Shown: one piece after another, positions 49,944-58,157 of the stretch
How the letters are laid out: the number at the start of each line of letters is the position of its first letter
How positions within the stretch are numbered: the first letter of the stretch is position 1
Assembly: GCA_963845565.1 (NCBI GenBank)
Contig: CAWJSJ010000002.1
Location: 1,312,001-1,376,000 of the forward strand
Reading direction: 5' to 3'
DNA from: an uncultured Methylomirabilota bacterium
GTDB taxonomy: Bacteria > Methylomirabilota > Methylomirabilia > Methylomirabilales > 2-02-FULL-66-22
DNA length: 64,000 nucleotides
Notes under the pieces: model-generated
The model's database searches: none
Told to the model about the DNA's origin: nothing
What the model saw: only the letters and a program-made list of their open reading frames with translations
Translations under genes and position numbers: made by a program

Positions 49944-50756
49944 ATGGATCTGCAACTGAAGGGTCGGGTCGCGTTGGTGACGGGCGGGGCGCGGGGGATC
50001 GGGCGCGGGATCGCGCTCACGCTGGCGGCGGAGGGGGCGACCGTCGCGGTGAACTACCGCGAGCGGTCGGATGCGGCCGAAGACGTCGTCCAGCGGATCC
50101 GGGCCGACGGGGGCGAGGCCGAGAGGTTTCCGGCGAATGTGGGTGAGCACGACGAGGTCGCGCTGATGGTGCAGGCCGTCGTGGCGCACTTCGGGCGGAT
50201 TGATATCCTGGTCAACAACGCCGGCGTGGTGACGCGTCATCCGATTCTGGATGTGCCGCTGGAAGAGTGGGACCGGGTGGTGCGAACGAATCTCTACGGA
50301 TGTTTCCACTGCTCGCGGCTGGCGGGCCGGCACATGGTGGAGCGGGGCGGGGGCGGGAAGATCGTCAACATCTCGTCGATCCACGGGCGGGTGGCCAAGG
50401 CCGGCATGGGCCCCTACTGTGCGACCAAGGCCGCGATCGACATGTTCAGCAAGCAGCTCGCGGTGGAGCTGGCACCGCACCGGATCAATGTGAACGTCGT
50501 GGCCTCGGGGACGATCATCACAGAGATCAACCTGCCCCTCTATCAAAGCACGAAGCCCGAGGACATCGAGAAGCGCACTGCGGTGCTTCACCGAGTGCCG
50601 TGGGGCGAGATCGGTCAGCCCGAGGACATCGGGAAAGCGGTCGCATTCCTAGCCTCCGACGCGGCGCGCTACATCACGGGGGCCGTGTTGTACGTGGACG
50701 GCGGCTACACGGCGGACGGGACGCCGAGGCTTCCCTCGGGCGCACGCGTGCCGTAG
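49944..50756 (+). CDS. SDR family oxidoreductase (FabG/glucose dehydrogenase-like)
   Basis: TGGARGIG, NNAG, YCATK, VDGG. Confidence 0.93.
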   Translation: MDLQLKGRVALVTGGARGIGRGIALTLAAEGATVAVNYRERSDAAEDVVQRIRADGGEAERFPANVGEHDEVALMVQAVVAHFGRIDILVNNAGVVTRHPILDVPLEEWDRVVRTNLYGCFHCSRLAGRHMVERGGGGKIVNISSIHGRVAKAGMGPYCATKAAIDMFSKQLAVELAPHRINVNVVASGTIITEINLPLYQSTKPEDIEKRTAVLHRVPWGEIGQPEDIGKAVAFLASDAARYITGAVLYVDGGYTADGTPRLPSGARVP

Positions 50757-50925
50757 CAGGTTGCTGAAAACGGCCCATCTGCGGCGTTGGCTTACTCGGC
50801 GCTCGTTGCGACGTACCTGGAGTACGCCTCACTCGGCCCGGGTACCCATCCGGAGGATGGGCGACGCCGCCTTGCATATGGACCTTTTTGAGCAACCTGG
50901 GGGGAAAGGGGATTTTCGGTAGTCG
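50757..50925 (+). mobile_element. MITE-like repeat family A, copy 5 (with nested mini-hairpin)
   Basis: Follows the GTAG stop directly; internal insert GGGTACCCATCCGGAGGATGGG. Confidence 0.8.
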
Positions 50926-51097
50926 AGGTAGAGCGTGCCACAAGAGGCACAGGGTGAGTGCCGAGTGCCGAAGGGGTGCAAGACGTGAGAGGGACGGCGT
51001 ACGCGTCTTCTGAGGAGCACGGAGGAGGTGAAAAGCGAGAGCGCGACGTTTCGGTCGTTTGACGGCTGTTAACCAATTCGTGAGGAGGGTCGGAGCC

Positions 51098-52096
51098 ATG
51101 CGGAAGATCTTGTTGTGGATCGGTGTTGCGGTGACCATGATCGCCCTCGTGGGCGTGGTCGCGCCCGCGGCACAGGCGGGGACCAAGACGGTCATCAAGA
51201 TTGGGACGGTGGTGGCGCCGGATCACCCGGAGAACGTCGGCGCCCGGAAGATCAAGGAGTTGATCGAGAAGAAGGCCGGGGACCGGGTGGACGTCCAGGT
51301 CTTCACCGACGGCCAGATCGGCGACCAGCGGACGATGGTCGAGAACATGCGGAACGGCGTGCAGGAGATCACCTGGGTCACCGTGGGATTTTTCGGCTCC
51401 TACGAGCCGATCCTGAACGTGATCGAGAGCGGCTACCTGTTCCGAGACAGCCAACACTCCTATAAAGTCTTCGACGGTCCGATGGGGAACGAGGTCCGGG
51501 TCCTGGTCGAAAAGCACGGGGTGAAGCTGCTCGGCTTCTACGAAGCCGGCATGCGGCACATCACCAACAGCGTGCGGCCGATCAAGAACCCGGAGGATCT
51601 CAAGGGGTTGAAGATCCGGACGCCCCAGGCCAAGTACCATCTGAACACGCTGAAGTACATGGGGGCCAACCCCGTGGCGATGTCCTTCGGCGAGCTGTAC
51701 ACCGCCATGCAGCAGAAGGTGGTGGACGGACAGGAGAACCCCTTCTCGAATATCTACAATGCCAAGTTCTACGAGGTGAACAAGTACATGTCCCTGACGG
51801 GCCACCTGCACCTGACCCACATGGTCATGTACAGCGCCAAGCTGTGGGATCGGTTGCCGGCGGATCTCCAGCAGATCGTGCGGGAGTCCGTGATCGAGTC
51901 GCAGGAGGCCCAGCGCAAGGCGGTCCGGGACGACGACGTGCGGCTGTTGAAGGAGATCACGGCCAAGGGGATGCTGGCCAACGACGCCGATCGCGAGGCG
52001 TTCAAGAAGACCGTCATGCCGCTTCGGGAAGAGGCCGTGAAGGAGTTCGGCCCCAAGGCGAAGGAGTGGATCGACCGGATCGAGGCCACCAAGTAG
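51098..52096 (+). CDS. dctP: TRAP transporter substrate-binding protein
   Basis: Signal peptide; LKGLKIR, MQQKVVDGQENP. Confidence 0.95.
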   Translation: MRKILLWIGVAVTMIALVGVVAPAAQAGTKTVIKIGTVVAPDHPENVGARKIKELIEKKAGDRVDVQVFTDGQIGDQRTMVENMRNGVQEITWVTVGFFGSYEPILNVIESGYLFRDSQHSYKVFDGPMGNEVRVLVEKHGVKLLGFYEAGMRHITNSVRPIKNPEDLKGLKIRTPQAKYHLNTLKYMGANPVAMSFGELYTAMQQKVVDGQENPFSNIYNAKFYEVNKYMSLTGHLHLTHMVMYSAKLWDRLPADLQQIVRESVIESQEAQRKAVRDDDVRLLKEITAKGMLANDADREAFKKTVMPLREEAVKEFGPKAKEWIDRIEATK

Positions 52097-52108
52097 CCAC
52101 TGAACAGA

Positions 52109-52138
52109 TGGGGGTGGGCGCCTGGCCGCCCACCCCCA
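52109..52138. repeat. GC-rich hairpin between dctP and dctQ
   Basis: TGGGGGTGGGCG-CCTGGC-CGCCCACCCCCA, no U-tract. Confidence 0.7.
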
Positions 52139-52158
52139 CCTCCACTCGGAGTACAGCA

Positions 52159-52647
52159 ATGTCGAGCCTCATTGCAGGGTTTCAACGGATGGTGGACGGC
52201 GTCATCCGGTGGATGATCATCGGGTTGATGTTCGTCATGACGGTGATCGTCTTCGCCCAGATCTTCTTCCGGTACGTGTTCAACGTGCCGCTCGGCTGGT
52301 CGGAGGAGCTGGCCCGCTTCGCGTTCGTCTGGGTCTCCTTCATGGGGGCCAGCGCGCTGATGCGGGTCAAGGAGCACATCAACGTCACGGTGTTTATCGA
52401 TTTCATGCCGGCGCGTTTGAGGGCGGCGTGCGTGCTGCTGGCGAACCTCTGCGCCCTGATCTGTGTCTACTTCTTCCTGATCGGCGGTGTGGAATTGACG
52501 CGGAATGAGTGGCGGCAGCTCGCCCCGGCCCTGCAGATTCCCATGGGCTGGGTCTATCTCGCGATCCCGATCGCCGCGACCCTGATGGGAGCGTGGGTGC
52601 TCTTGCAGACAATCGAGTCGGCGCAGAGCCTGGTCAGGGGGAAGTAG
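52159..52647 (+). CDS. dctQ: TRAP transporter small permease
   Basis: FRYVFNVPLGWSEELAR, HINV. Confidence 0.92.
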   Translation: MSSLIAGFQRMVDGVIRWMIIGLMFVMTVIVFAQIFFRYVFNVPLGWSEELARFAFVWVSFMGASALMRVKEHINVTVFIDFMPARLRAACVLLANLCALICVYFFLIGGVELTRNEWRQLAPALQIPMGWVYLAIPIAATLMGAWVLLQTIESAQSLVRGK

Positions 52648-52649
52648 CC

Positions 52650-53937
52650 ATGGTCCTCATACTCTTCTTTTCCATCTTCTTCTTCACCCTGATCGTCAGC
52701 GCACCTATCTTCTTCAGCCTCGGGCTCAGTGCGATCGCTTTGCTCTGGAACAAGGGAATGCTCTCTCCTCAGCTCGTGGTCCAGCGCATGTTCGCCGGGA
52801 TGGACTCTTTCCCCATGATGGCGATCCCGTTCTTCATGCTGGCCGGCGCCCTCATGGATACCGGCGGAATCTCCAGCCGCCTCGTGCGATTCTCGAATTA
52901 TCTGGTGGGGTGGATCCAGGGCGGGCTGGCGCACGTGGCCATCGTGGCCGCCATGTTCTTCGCGGGGATCACGGGGTCCGCCGTGGCCGACACCACGGCC
53001 ATCGGCTCGGCCTTGGTTCCGCTCATGAACAAGCGCGGGTTCCCCAAGCTCTTCTCGGCCAGCGTGGTAGCTGCGGCCGGCGTGGTCGGACCGATCATCC
53101 CCCCCAGCATACCCATGGTCATCTACAGCGTCATGGCAAGCGTCTCCGTGGGTGCGATGTTCCTGGGGGGATTCATCCCCGGCTTCCTGATGGGATTGGG
53201 GCTGATGTTCGTGGCCTATATCAAGGCCAAGCGGAACGGGTATCCCCGAGAAGCGGTCCGGCCGACGGGGAAAGAGTTCCTCCAGGCTACGGTGAGCGCC
53301 ATGGGGGCCATCTTCATGCCGCTCATCATCCTGGGTGGGATCTTCGGCGGCGTGTTCACCGCCACCGAGGCGGCCGTGGTCGCGACTATCTACGCGTTCA
53401 TCATGGGCAAGTTCGTGTACAAGGAGCTGGAGTGGCGCCATCTGCCGACCATCATGTACAAGGGGGGACTGAACACCGCGATGGTGTTGATCATCGTGGG
53501 TGTGGCGAACCTGGTCGGCTATATCATGGCGATCGAGCGCATCCCGCTCATGGTGGCGGAGCTGTTCCTGGGCATCACCGACAACAAGTGGGTGATGATG
53601 CTCCTGATCAACATCCTGCTCCTGATCGTCGGCTGCTTCATTGACGGCGCCTCGGCCCTGATCATCTTCACGCCGGTGCTCCTGCCCCTGATCTACAAGC
53701 TGGGAATCGATCCCATCTATTTCGGCGTGGTGATCACGCGTGAACCTCATGATCGGGACAATCACGCCGCCCGTCGGCGTCTGCCTGTACGTGGCCTGCG
53801 GCATCTCGGATGTCCGATTGGATCAGATCAGCAAGGCGGTCATCCCGTTCCTGCTGATCGAGATCGCCGTCCTGCTCCTCATCACCTATTTCCCGGATAT
53901 CATCATGTTCCTGCCGCGGTTGTTCGGACCGAAGTAG
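52650..53937 (+). CDS. dctM: TRAP transporter large permease (frameshift ~53740)
   Basis: AIPFFMLAG, TGSAVAD, IIPPSIP; C-terminal NLMIGTITPPVG in another frame. Confidence 0.9.
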
Positions 53938-53943
53938 GACACT

Positions 53944-54050
53944 GGTTCGGCAGTTCGACGGTTCGATAGTTCGGCAGTATCCGAGCGCCGGACGCGTAAC
54001 TGCCGGACCATCGAACCGCCGAACCGTCGAACTGTCGAACCGCAGAACCA
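53944..54050. repeat. Octamer-periodic inverted repeat hairpin
   Basis: GGTTCGGC AGTTCGAC GGTTCGAT AGTTCGGC ... ATCGAACC GCCGAACC GTCGAACT GTCGAACC. Confidence 0.75.
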
Positions 54051-54061
54051 AGGAGTCGTTC

Positions 54062-54892
54062 ATGAATCGCATCGTCTCCGTCAGCACCATGGCCTTCGAC
54101 GGTTACTCGCTGGAGGTCGCCCTGGACGAACTGGCTGCGCTCGGCGTGAAGTACGTCGAGCCGGCCAGCGTGGACAAGATCTTTCAGCACCTCGTCGAAG
54201 AGGACTTCTGCGACAGCCGGGCGGTGTGGCTACGGAACCAACTGTCGGCCCGACGACTGTCCTGTCTGTCGTTGTCGGTCCACATGGACCTCACAGGGTC
54301 GGACGCGGTCGAGCGGTTCCACCGGCGCCTCGAATTCGCCCGAAACATCGGCGCGCGCTGCGTGAACTCCATCGCGGGGCCGGCGGGGAAGCTGGAGGAG
54401 TTCCGGAAGAACATTCCGGCCATCGCCGACCGGGCGAGGGACCTGGGCGTCATGATCGCCCTGGAAAACCACGGGGACCTGTTGGACCGGGAGCAGCAAG
54501 TCCTGGATTTCATCCGGGAGGTCAACCACCCCGCGATCCGGGTCAATTACGATACGGGGAACGCGTGGTATTACTCCAAGGGGGCCATCAACCCCGTGGA
54601 GGAGTTGGCTCTGCTGGCGCCGGTAGTGGCGCACGTGCATGTGAAGACGCCGAAGATCGTGGACGGCCTCCTGCGCTGGGTGGCCCTTGGCGAGGGTATC
54701 CTCGACCTGCCGGCGCTCGCCCGCGTGTTGAACGAGCAGATGCCCGGCGTTCCCGTGAGCTACGAACTCTCTCCCCGCCAGCGGTCTCGCGACTTCGAGC
54801 CCCGCTGGCGCACTCCCGAGATCCCACCCCTCGCCGAGCTCCGCGAGACGATCGCACGGTCGCTTCAGGCACTGAATCGCGCACTCTCGTAA
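54062..54892 (+). CDS. Sugar phosphate isomerase/epimerase (xylose isomerase-like TIM barrel)
   Basis: IALENHG, YDTGN, HVHVK, LGEG, E metal-binding motifs. Confidence 0.9.
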   Translation: MNRIVSVSTMAFDGYSLEVALDELAALGVKYVEPASVDKIFQHLVEEDFCDSRAVWLRNQLSARRLSCLSLSVHMDLTGSDAVERFHRRLEFARNIGARCVNSIAGPAGKLEEFRKNIPAIADRARDLGVMIALENHGDLLDREQQVLDFIREVNHPAIRVNYDTGNAWYYSKGAINPVEELALLAPVVAHVHVKTPKIVDGLLRWVALGEGILDLPALARVLNEQMPGVPVSYELSPRQRSRDFEPRWRTPEIPPLAELRETIARSLQALNRALS

Positions 54893-54948
54893 GGGAAGTT
54901 CCACCCGTGGAACCTGGAGGGTGCGGCTGGACAACTCACGGACTGGGC

Positions 54949-55100
54949 TTGACATCCTGAAGGGGGATTGGGTAGCCTCCTGCTTGGTTCGTCCTCTGAG
55001 CTGGGTGGTTCCGGCAGGAGACGCCAGGTGCCCACGGAAGGTCGTCCCAGGATTGCGCACGCCCTTGTCGGTCCGACCAGACCGGCGAGGGCGTTTTTTG
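54949..55100 (+). promoter_or_regulatory. Promoter plus structured 5' leader ending in an intrinsic terminator (attenuator/riboswitch candidate)
   Basis: TTGACA-N18-TAGCCT; stem CTGGG..TTCCG / CGGAA..CCCAG; terminator CGCCCTTGTCGGTC/GACCGGCGAGGGCG + TTTTTT upstream of the ATG at 55147. Confidence 0.55.
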
Positions 55101-55146
55101 TTGTTCCAGCTTTTCCGTGTCTCATCCTAAACCCAAGGAGGTGGCC

Positions 55147-56070
55147 ATGAAACGTTTCGTCGTATCGCTCGCGGTCTTGATGCTGTGCCTGGGGACGCTG
55201 GCCAGTGCGGTGGACGCCGGGGAAAAGGTCGTCCTGCCGCGCTACCCGGATCTGAAGATCGGGATCACCACGGCAAATCTGCTCAAGTTCATGCCGGTCA
55301 ACTTGGCCAACGCCAAGAAGTACGTGGACTTCGCAGTGGACCACGGATTCTCCTATGTCGAGCTGCGGGATCCCGTGGCGTCACTCACGCTGGCCGAGTG
55401 TAAGGAGATCGCGGTGTATGCCAAGCAGCGGGACATTGACATGTCCTACGCGGTGAATGTCGGGATTCTGGATCCCAACTACATGGAGGTTTTCTCCCGG
55501 GCCGTGGCCAACGCGGCAGTGTTTGACGGCCCCCGCACCATTCGTACCGCCCTCCCGGGCCTGGAATTCGCGAACAACGAGAAGAAGACGGCGTGGACCT
55601 TCGCCGAGTTCACCAAGCTCGTGGAAACGGCCAACCAAGCGGCAAACATGGCCAAGATGCTCGGGCTGCAGTACGTAGTCGAGAATGCCCTGGAAGTGCT
55701 GAAGGGCGACGGTGTGACCAGCTTCGGGACGACCGAATTCTTCGCCAACGCGAATGCCAACGTCGGCTTCCAGCTCGACACGGCGAACTTCTTCGCCGTC
55801 GCGCGCGTGCCCGGCAAGGTCGACCCGGTGCGAGGTTTCTTTGCGGGCATCGCGCCGCGAATGGGCTATATGCACCTCAAGACGGCGACCAAGGATGGCA
55901 AGCAGTCGCCGGTCCTGGCCGAGAATCCGCTGATCTTCGAGATCGTCTTCTGGGAGGCCGTCAAGCACAAGAAGCCCTACGTGGCGATCGAACTGTTCCC
56001 GCCCGACACCATGGAGCAGGTCCAGGCGAACCACAAGGCGAGCATCGCGTACTTGATGCAGAATTTCTAG
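55147..56070 (+). CDS. Secreted xylose-isomerase-like TIM barrel protein
   Basis: Sec signal peptide MKRFVVSLAVLMLCLG; VVEN, QLDTAN, MHLK, AIE motifs. Confidence 0.8.
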   Translation: MKRFVVSLAVLMLCLGTLASAVDAGEKVVLPRYPDLKIGITTANLLKFMPVNLANAKKYVDFAVDHGFSYVELRDPVASLTLAECKEIAVYAKQRDIDMSYAVNVGILDPNYMEVFSRAVANAAVFDGPRTIRTALPGLEFANNEKKTAWTFAEFTKLVETANQAANMAKMLGLQYVVENALEVLKGDGVTSFGTTEFFANANANVGFQLDTANFFAVARVPGKVDPVRGFFAGIAPRMGYMHLKTATKDGKQSPVLAENPLIFEIVFWEAVKHKKPYVAIELFPPDTMEQVQANHKASIAYLMQNF

Positions 56071-56075
56071 CCTGG

Positions 56076-56241
56076 CAGGCCGCTGAAAAAGGCCACCTGC
56101 TGCGTTGGCGTGCTCGGGCGTCCGTTGCGGCGTACAGGAAGTACGCCTTGACCCACCTTCGGTGGGTAGCCCGCCCTTTGCCCGCCGCCTGGCATCTGGA
56201 CCTTTTTGAGCAGCCTGGGGAAAAGGTTCTTCCACAACCTG
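56076..56241 (+). mobile_element. MITE-like repeat family A, copy 6 (with nested mini-hairpin)
   Basis: CAGGCCGCTGAAAAAGGCC...ACCCACCTTCGGTGGGT...TTTTTGAGCAGCCTG...CAACCTG. Confidence 0.8.
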
Positions 56242-56396
56242 CCACGACGCCTTCGGGTCTCGCGGCGGGGAGTTCCCGGCTGGGGATTCCCCGCCGTCGC
56301 TGTCTTGTGAGTAGCCGTCGAGGCGGCAATTGACGGCCCAGCGTTCCTTTGATAGGGTTTCCGCGTTCCCTCCCCCTTTGCTTCCGGGAGTTTCCC

Positions 56397-57140
56397 ATGG
56401 CGGATCGCGGAGGCGTGCATTTCTTCCTGTACGAAAACTGCCTGATTCGGGTACCCACCGACGATCTGGTTCCGAAGTTCGGCAGCCTACTCCTGGCGCG
56501 GCATCTTCCCCTCCAGCCTGACGACGTGGTGCTCGACCTGGGGACAGGCGCCGGCTTGATCGGCGTCCTCGCCGCGCGGTGCGGCCACCGGGTGGTGGCC
56601 ACGGACGTGGTGGAGGCGTATGCGAAATGCGCCAGGGCGAATGTTCTCCTGAACGGCGTCGGCGACCGGGTCGAGGTGTGCGTCGGGGATCTCTTCGGCC
56701 CCGTGGCCGACCGAACGTTCGATCTGATTGCCGCCAATCCTCCGGAGATGCCGACGCCGCCGGATCAGGCGTGGGATGACTCGTTGGCCCGGATGGATAA
56801 CGGCGGGCCGGATGGTTGGCTGCTGCTGGAACGGATCATCCAGGAGGGGCCGGCGTATCTGGCGCCCGGCGGCCGGCTGGTCTTCACGCTGTTCGGGTTT
56901 CTCGGTGTCGAGCGGGCGCTGGAGAAACTGCGCGCGGCCGGGCTGGTGCCGAGTGTGCTCGCCCGCGACGAGCAGCCGTTTCCCCGGATCGCCCGCGAGC
57001 GGCTGGAGTATATCCGGAGCGTCAGCCCGGAGGCTGCATCGCTGGAAGGCAGGCCGGCGACGTGCGCCCGGCTGGTCATTTGCGGAACCAAGCCGTTGTC
57101 GCAAAATGACTTGACCGGAGAAAATCCGGGGACAGCATAA
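56397..57140 (+). CDS. Class I SAM-dependent methyltransferase (HemK/PrmC-related)
   Basis: VLDLGTGAG, GDLF, ANPPE, GGPDG; TTGACG-N17-TAGGGT promoter at 56330-56358. Confidence 0.88.
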   Translation: MADRGGVHFFLYENCLIRVPTDDLVPKFGSLLLARHLPLQPDDVVLDLGTGAGLIGVLAARCGHRVVATDVVEAYAKCARANVLLNGVGDRVEVCVGDLFGPVADRTFDLIAANPPEMPTPPDQAWDDSLARMDNGGPDGWLLLERIIQEGPAYLAPGGRLVFTLFGFLGVERALEKLRAAGLVPSVLARDEQPFPRIARERLEYIRSVSPEAASLEGRPATCARLVICGTKPLSQNDLTGENPGTA

Positions 57141-57190
57141 GTAGCCGTAACGAAATTGCAGAACATTGCCAAGCTATTTCGTAACCGCCC
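57092..57190. mobile_element. MITE-like repeat family B, copy 2
   Basis: GCCGTTGTCGCAAAATGACTTGACCGGAG...ATTTCGTAACCGCCC, homologous to 36901-37000. Confidence 0.75.
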
Positions 57191-57194
57191 CTAA

Positions 57195-57363
57195 CAGGAT
57201 TCTGAAAGCTCGTTCTTGCCCAGGCTGCTCAAAAAGGCCCAGGTGCAAGACGGCGCGCGATGCGCGGGGTACCCACCGAAGGTGGGTCAAGGCGTACTCC
57301 AGGTACGCCGCAACGAGTGCGCGAGCAAGCCAACACGGCAGATGGGCCTTTTTCAGCAGCCTG
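57195..57363 (-). mobile_element. MITE-like repeat family A, copy 7 (inverted; CTAA direct repeats on both sides)
   Basis: CTAA-CAGGATTCTGAAA...TTTCAGCAGCCTG-CTAA. Confidence 0.85.
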
Positions 57364-57377
57364 CTAAGGAGTAACGT

Positions 57378-58157
57378 GTGGCGAAATACCTGATCGTGAA
57401 CGCCGACGACTTCAATCTGACCGAGGGGGTGACCCGCGGAATCCTGGACGGACACCGGAACGGGATTATCACCAGCACCACCGTCATGGTGAATCTCCCC
57501 GGCCTGGCCCGCACCCGGGATGTGGCGCAGGAGACGCCCGGACTTGGCCTGGGGCTGCACGTCAACCTGACGCTGGGCGCGCCCGTGCTTTCCGCAGCGA
57601 CGGTCCCGTCGCTGGTAGATGTGAACGGATGTTTCGTCCGGGACCGGAACCAGGTGGGCGAGGTCGGTGTCCCCTCTGAACTCCGGGATGAAGTCGCCGC
57701 CCAGGCCAACCGGTTCGAAGCGGTCTTCGGACGCCGGCCGACTCACCTGGACACGCATTACCACATGCACCGGCTTCCCCGGGTGCTGACGGCGGTGTTG
57801 GATGTGGCGGCCGATCTCCGGGTGCCCGTGCGAGCCGTCACGGCCGAGATGGCTCCTGAGATCCGTCGCCGGGGTGTGGTGGCCCCGGATCGGATGGTGG
57901 GCGATGTAGGCGCCGATGCCTACTGGACGGCGGAGACGCTGCTCGCATTCCTCGAGGCACTGGAGGATGGCGTGACCGAGCTGATGTGCCACCCCGGCTA
58001 TGCGGATGAGGCGCTGGCCGTCAGCAGCTACTGCGCGCAGCGCGAGGGCGAGCTGCGCGGGCTTTCCGATCCGCGAGTGAAGGCCGCCGTGGCGGCCGCC
58101 GGCGCTCGGCTGATCAGCTATCGAGAGCTGTCCGCAGTAATGGGGGCGTCGGCGTGA
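57378..58157 (+). CDS. ChbG/YdjC family carbohydrate deacetylase
   Basis: LIVNADDF, GLHVNLT, PTHLDTH, ELMCHPG. Confidence 0.93.
   Translation: MAKYLIVNADDFNLTEGVTRGILDGHRNGIITSTTVMVNLPGLARTRDVAQETPGLGLGLHVNLTLGAPVLSAATVPSLVDVNGCFVRDRNQVGEVGVPSELRDEVAAQANRFEAVFGRRPTHLDTHYHMHRLPRVLTAVLDVAADLRVPVRAVTAEMAPEIRRRGVVAPDRMVGDVGADAYWTAETLLAFLEALEDGVTELMCHPGYADEALAVSSYCAQREGELRGLSDPRVKAAVAAAGARLISYRELSAVMGASA

Noticed and set aside
24400..53760. Programmed ribosomal frameshifting for the split genes
   Set aside because: No shared slippery heptamer or stimulatory structure; the sites are heterogeneous and occur in ordinary enzymes and transporters
54893..54930. TPP riboswitch suggested by ACCCGTGGAACCTG
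   Set aside because: No upstream CTGAGA motif and no downstream GCGNAGGGA; the segment is explained by a simple GTTCCAC/GTGGAAC hairpin after a stop codon
3421..57363. CRISPR array or short proteins (RLLKKVQMQGG-type ORFs) from repeat family A
   Set aside because: Copies are dispersed rather than regularly spaced, there are no cas genes, and the ORFs crossing them are inconsistent in frame and lack RBSs
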